NCBI RefSeq assembly: GCF_009914755.1
Contig: NC_060927.1
From: the human T2T-CHM13v2.0 reference genome, Homo sapiens
Length of the DNA: 64,000 nucleotides
Direction: 5' to 3' (one strand)
Shown here: positions 57,754-64,000 of the stretch, piece after piece
Position numbering within the stretch: the first letter of the stretch is position 1
Layout of the letters: every line of letters begins with the position of its first letter
Position numbers and translations under genes: made by a program
The notes under the pieces: generated by a model
Database searches by the model: none
Seen by the model: only the letters and a program-made list of their open reading frames with translations
What the model was told of the DNA's origin: nothing

Positions 57754-59848
57754 ATGGGTCACAAAGAGTCTAAACATCATGCTTATCTCTGCTATATTAA
57801 ACTCCCGTTAAAACAGGGAAGTGTCCAGGTAACCATGGAAAATATGGTCACTCTATTCAGGGAGGTGGAAGAACACTGTCCTTGGTTTCCTGAAAAAGGA
57901 ACCTTAGATGTAGAACTATGGGATTGTGTTGGTGCAACATTCTGGGAACTGGTCTCCAAAGGAAATTATGTTCCTGTCACTGTCTGGGGTGATTGGGCCT
58001 TGATACGTGCCATCCTAATGACATACCAATCCCATGACCCCCTAGAGTTACCATAATTTTCTGAATCTGACGACCCTCCACCTCTTCCTCAACCTTCCTC
58101 TCCCACACGGCCTTTGTTAGCTGATCAGCCTCTCCCTTCATCTACTCCTCCCCCACCTAACGATTCTGAGACTTCAATATCTAACTCCAGTGACTTTGGA
58201 TTATGGTCACCCCCCAATGACCTTATTTCTTTTCATGAAGAGCTGGTACTTGTAGTTCCCATGGCCCTGACTCAGACAGCCTGGGACCATATATATGCTA
58301 ATTCTTCTCTCTTTAAACCTCCGGAGTCAGCTAATGGCTCCAGGACCAAACTAAAATTTACCTGTAATTCTACAGGCCCTCCCCCATCCACTTCAGCCCC
58401 TCACCCTCCTGTCATTTTGGTTCCTCAACCGGTCACTTTGCCATCCATTCAGCCTGCTTCTCTGTACCCTTCTTCACACATGGACGCTAGTAATCACCAG
58501 TACGCTTCTGCTCCTTCTGCTCCCCCAATACCCCTTTCTCACACTGTCATTCTGCTCTGACCCCCTCACCCTCAGTTTGCCTTATCTACACATGCTTTTC
58601 CTGTCACTTCTATGCCAACTCCATCTCAGATACCTACTCTTGAAACTTCAGTGCAATGCTTATTACGCCAAAACAAAGAAACAAGTGGATTAGATGTGTG
58701 GGCTTATCCGGTCATGCTAGAACCTCCCAACTTCCAAGGGATATAAATGTGTCATTATGTACCTCTAAATCTTACCTTTTTAAAAGAATTTAAGGATGCT
58801 TGTACTCAGTATGGTCTTACTTCTCTTTATGTTAAAATGGTATTACAAACTTTTTGTACTGAGGCCATTTTGCTTCCTTTAGACTGGGACCTTTTGGCAA
58901 AAGCTGTTCTAACCCCATCTCAGCATTTACAATTCCATACCTGGTAGTCAGAGGAGGCCCGTTTGCAGGCTCAGCTAAATCGGACTAATGGCATTCTAAT
59001 TACTCAGGCTCAGCTCACAGGCTCTGATAGTTTCTCTGATACTTATGCCCAATTAAACTTTGATGCTCTTACCACAGAACAAGTAACAAAGGTGTGTATG
59101 AGAGCTTGGGATAAATTACGTGCCCCAGGCCAAGCTCCTGTTTCTTTTACTACAGTTAAACAAGGTCATGCTGAACTATACCCTGATTTTTTAGCTAAAT
59201 TACAAGATGCTGTTGAAAAATTTGTCTCTGATGAGAGTGCTCAAGGTATTCTCCTTCGTATGTTAGCTTTTGAAAATGTGAACCATGAGTGTAAAATGGC
59301 CATGCATTCCATCCAATGACAAAATTTACCTGATCACGAGGTGTTACCTGCATATATTAAAGCTTGTGAAGGCATTGGTTCAGACACCCACAGAGCTATT
59401 CTGTGGGCATGGGCCATGAAGGACACCAATCAAACTGGCCCCACTAATTCTTTTCTTGGAGCCTGCTATAATTGAGGTCAACTTGGTCATACTCGTAAAA
59501 ATTGCACTTAAAAACTTAAAAGCGGCCAAGCTGGCTCAGCAAACACGGCCAAATGCTGCTGCTACTGTTTGCCCACGTTGTTGCAAAGGGAAACATTGGG
59601 TAAGTACTTGACACTCTAAGTATGATATAGATGGAATCCCCCTGCCACAGAACCAGGGAAATGGGAAGTGGGGCCAGTCCCAGGCCCCAATATCAAACGG
59701 GATGCTTCAGACTCAGACCAACATTGCGTTTCCACTTCAGGCGGTCCCAACGCAGCCTCCAGCACAAACAAATTTATCTACAGCCAACCCAGATGGGTCC
59801 CAGCCTCTCCTTCTGTCTCAGTACAATGCTTGTCCACCTCCACAGTAG
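57754..59848 (+). pseudogene. gag: HML-8 gag (disrupted)
   Basis: MGHKES myristoylation signal, matrix CPWFPEKGTLD, MHR-like VKQGHAELYPDFLAKL, two degraded zinc knuckles (CYN*GQLGHTRKNC; CPRCCKGKHW); several stops; slippery G GGA AAT at 59656. Confidence 0.92.
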
Positions 59849-60646
59849 GGGGTAGGGTGGTCAATCTCTGTAGCACCATTCCTCTAAATTTACTACCTAA
59901 TTCTTTGCCTTTAGTTTTCCCCATGGGGGTCACTGGCCCTTTACCTCAAGGTTTGGTGGGCCTGGTGTTAGGTGGGGCATCCACCTCTGCTAAAGGAATC
60001 ACCATTCATACTGGTCTCATTAATTCTGATTCCACTGATGAGATTAAATTAATCGTGTCTGCCAAGGTTCCTGTTTCCGTTCCGGCCAGTGAGTCAATTG
60101 CTCAACTGCTTTTACTACCTAATATCATTTTAAACAAAGGAGATAAGACACGTGGCCCTGGGATGGGCTCTGGTGGTGAAAAGGCCACTTATTGGATTAA
60201 TATAATTTCTAAACAATGGCCCACCTGCACCATACACATTCAAGGAAAGAAGTTTGAGGGCTGATGTTTCTATTATTTCCTCTAGTTTATGACCTTCCTC
60301 CTCACTTAAACATCCTGCTAACATGGGACTAGTAGGTGGTGGAAAAGCTGATGAAGTTTACCAGAGCACATTTATCTTGACTTGCACTGGCCCTGATGGT
60401 CAAAAAGGTACAATTCAGCCTTATATCACACCAATCCCCATTAATCTTTAGGGTAGAGATTTACTGGCACAATGGGGGGCTGAAATTAATATTCCACATA
60501 ACTCTTATAGTGCTCCCAGTCAGCATGTGATGGAAAACATGGAGTTTGTTCCTGGACTCGGTCTCGGTCCAAAACATGAAGGGATTACTAAACCCCTCCA
60601 AATTACTGTAAAAGAAGACAGGGCTGGTTTAGGTTACCCTTTTTAA
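59656..60646 (+). pseudogene. pro: HML-8 pro (dUTPase-protease-G-patch, disrupted)
   Basis: dUTPase-like GPLPQGLVGLVLG...IAQLLLLP; protease INL*GRDLLAQWG; G-patch PGLGLG...DRAGLGYPF; slippery C CCT TTT at 60637. Confidence 0.9.
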
Positions 60647-62260
60647 TGGCGGCCGCTGCCATGCCTCCTGATCATATCCCTTTACAATGAAAATCTGACA
60701 CACCCATTTGGATTCAGCAGTGGCCACTCTCTAAGGAAAAACTGGAGGTTTTCACTCAATTAGTTTCTGAACAGTTACAACTTGAGAATGTGGAACCTTC
60801 TCTTTCTCCCTGGAATTCTCCTGTGCTTCTAGTAAAAAAGAAATCAGGCAAGTGGCAGATGGTAACCGATTTAAGGGCCATTAATGCAGTAATTAAACCT
60901 ATGGGAGCCATCCAACCCAGCATGCCTGCCCCTGCTTTAATACCTAAAAATTGGCCTCTCATAGTTATTGATCTTAAAGATTGTTTTTTTCATCTTGCTC
61001 TACATAAATCGGACTGTGAAAAATCTGTTTTTTACTGTACCATCTATCAATAATCAGGAGCCTGCAGCTTGCTATCAATGGAAAGTACTTCCTTAGGGAA
61101 TGCTGAATAGCCCCACAATCTGCCAGCTTTATGTTGGACAAGTGCTTTCACCAGTTCGAGCCCAATTTCCCCAGGCCTATATTCTTCATTATATTGATGA
61201 CATTTTAATTGCCGCCCCCACTGATAAAGAATTGACTGACTGTTATCAAATTTTGAGCTGCCATGTTACAGAGGCTGGATTACACATCGCTCAGGAGACC
61301 ACATTCAACAGACCACTCCTGTTCAATATTTAGGAAGGGTGGTCGATAAACAACGTATTCAACCTCAAAAAGTTCACATTCGGAGAGATTCTTTGAAAAC
61401 TTTAAAGGACTTCCAAAAACTCTTGGGTAACATTAATTATTTAAGACCTACTTTAGGTATTCCAACCTATGCGCTGTCTAACTTGTTTTCTATGCTGCAG
61501 GGAGATTCCAATCTCTGCAGTCCCAGAGCTTTGAACCCTGAGGCGTCACTAGAACTGGAATTCATAGACGAAAGAATCCAGACCGCCCAGTTATCTAGTG
61601 TACAGCTTTCTCAGCCTTTTCAGCTTCTGGTTTTCGCTTCATTGCACTCCCCTACTGGGATAATAGTTCAACATAATGATTTAGTAGAGTGGTGTTTTCT
61701 TCCTCATTCTGTGTCAAAAACTCTGTCTGTTTATCTGGACCAAATGGCCATTCTAACTGGATGAGCTCAGTGTAGAATACTTAAAATTTCTGGATTTGAT
61801 CCGAATTTAATTGTAGTTCCTTGAAATCGGCTCGAAGTTCAAGCCGCCTTTCAACATTCCGTACTGTGGCAAATTCACTTGGCTGATTTTATTGGCATTT
61901 TTGGCAATAATTATCCAGAAAACAAATTGTTTGATTTTATAAAAATGACTTCTTGGGTGGTCCCTCGATTGACCAAAGATCAGCCCATTCCTGAGGCTGT
62001 TACAGTGTTCACTGATGGCTCCAATGAAAATGCTGGTTATGTAGGTCCTACAGACAAGCTTATATCCACCCCTTATACCTCTGCTCAAAAGGCAGAGTTA
62101 ATTTCTGTAATTACTGCCTTACAGGATTTCCCCAAACCTTTAAATATTGTCTCTGATTCTGATTAACTTGGGAAAGAGGATATGCTTATGTTTCACCAGG
62201 AGATCATCAATCCCCTGTCTGGGTGCCCACTAGAGACTCAAGCTTCATGTGAATACTGAC
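60640..62260 (+). pseudogene. pol: HML-8 pol (RT, partial RNase H, integrase tail only)
   Basis: [50 protein letters not shown]; stops, frameshifts and a large internal deletion at ~62163. Confidence 0.93.
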
Positions 62261-62299
62261 AACGAAAACCACAAGGAAAAGACATCCGTGTCAGAGACC

Positions 62300-64000
62300 A
62301 CCCTCAGACATGGTGAAATCTGTGCCAACTCCTCAGAAGCTGGCACACCAAATCAAAATGGGTCTGGTTCAATCCTCCCTGATGGCAATGAAGACCCATC
62401 TAACTAATCCCACCTCTCCTAATTACCTTTCTTTTTCTCCTTACAAACCTAAAAATTTCACCATTTCTATTACCCTGGAAATAACATCCCTCTGTTCTTC
62501 TCTTCCTCCTTCAGCACTGGATCTCGCTTACAATGGGTTTTATTTATCCTTATACTTTCTGTCTCACCAGTTTCCTCTCACACTGATTTACCTGCTCCAC
62601 AAAATTATTCTTATTGGGCTTATGTGCCTTTTCCTCCACTTATTCGACCTCTCACCTGGCTGGATGCTCCTGCAGAAATCTACACTAATGACAGTGTGTG
62701 GATTCCTGGAGCTACAGATGACTGTTGCCCTGCTAAACCAGGAGAAGAAGGCCCTGCATTTAATGTTACTATGGGTTACAGATACCCCCCTCTGTGCCTC
62801 AGACATGCACCTGGTTGTATCCATCTAGAAACCCAAATCTGGGCTGCTTATCTTCCGGAGAGATCAGCTACAGAGGAACCGGGACATTTGGTCTCCAGCA
62901 TCTCCCTTTCTCCTTTAAGAAAAATGAAAGGGGGAGTAATGGGAGATACCCCACACTTTCAATATAAACCTGGGGAAAACCATGCCCTAAAAATTTTGAG
63001 GCCCCATCTAAAACTTTAATTTGGGAAGACTGTGTTAACTCACATGCAGTAATATTAAAAAATGAGTCATATGGTTTAGTAATAGACATGGCACCAAAGG
63101 GCTATTTAAAAAACAATTGCTCCTCTGGCCAAGGGAATGCCTGGAGGCTACTTATTTTATTTCTTATTGGGAGAACAAAAATCATCATTCTACTTTGCAT
63201 AGGAGGTTCATCTCAGTCTTTCCCTTAAAATGGGAAGATAAAGGCATTACCTCCCCAAGGCCTCGTATGATACTCCCCATTCTGAGCCCAGAACACCCAG
63301 AACTTTGGACATTGGCTATTGCCATGTCTGGACTGTGAGTATGGGAAGGGGAAACTTTTCTGTCTATTGTCCCCACTACCGTCCCCCTCCCTCAGTATCA
63401 ACGTAGATCCAGACATTCTGCTTTGCTTACCTCCAACCTGACTGTTCCCATACAGAGTTGTGTTAAGCCTCCTCACATGCTGTTAGTGGGAAATATCAAA
63501 ATTTGGATGAACAATCAAACTGTCCAATGCATTAATTGTCATTTATACACTTGTATTAACTCCTATTTTGACTTCAAGAAAAGTGTAATGCTGGTTCGAG
63601 CTTGAGAAGGAATCTGGATTCCGGTAACTTTGCTCACACCTTGGGAATCCTCCCCCTCAATACATTTAATTAATGAAGTGTTACAGCAAATTCTAAAAAG
63701 ATCTAAGAGATTTGTTTTCACTTTAATCGCTGTTATAATGGGCCTAAATACAGTCACTCCAATGGCCACCACTGCCCGAATGGCATTACATCAATCTATT
63801 CACATGGCTCATTTTGTTAATGATTGGCAAGCCAATTCCACCCAAATGTGGAATTCTCAACAAGGCATTGATCAAAAATTGGCTAATCAAATTAATGATT
63901 TAAGACAGTCTGTTATTTGGCTTGGAGATCGGGTAGTGAGTCTCGAATATTGCATGCAAATGCAGTGTGATTGGAATACTTCAGATTTCTTCATCACCCC
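62300..64000 (+). pseudogene. env: HML-8 env (disrupted SU, TM continuing beyond the window; start approximate)
   Basis: YWAYVPFPPLIRP, GYRYPPLCL, HPELW, QSCVKPP, furin site RSKR at 63699-63710, fusion peptide [26 protein letters not shown]. Confidence 0.92.

Overview
Primate (human-like) AT-rich intronic DNA. A CpG island at ~22.8-24.5 kb contains, on the minus strand, a coding first exon MIAEPAHFYLFGLICLCS(G) followed by a GT donor. I recognise this as the signal-peptide exon of the short ROBO1 isoform (ROBO1b/DUTT1). The window is therefore the internal ROBO1 promoter, the start of its first intron (lower coordinates) and, from known gene structure, an intron of the long ROBO1a isoform. 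The rest is mostly transposon relics: about ten Alus, MIR/L2, MER20/MER30, a THE1 LTR split by a 5'-inverted L1PA, a nested MLT1/MLT2A cluster, and a 5'-truncated L1PA interrupted at 56518 by a defective HERV-K(HML-8/HERVK11, MER11 LTR) provirus that runs off the window end. I see no convincing new gene system. The best leads are post-transcriptional elements around the ROBO1b start (a uORF whose stop overlaps the start codon, a candidate 121-nt poison exon, a second in-phase ATG+donor), an unexplained 108-bp dispersed duplication, a candidate recursive splice site and a strong CTCF motif. Repeat family names come from remembered consensus sequences, not a search, and boundaries of old repeats are approximate.
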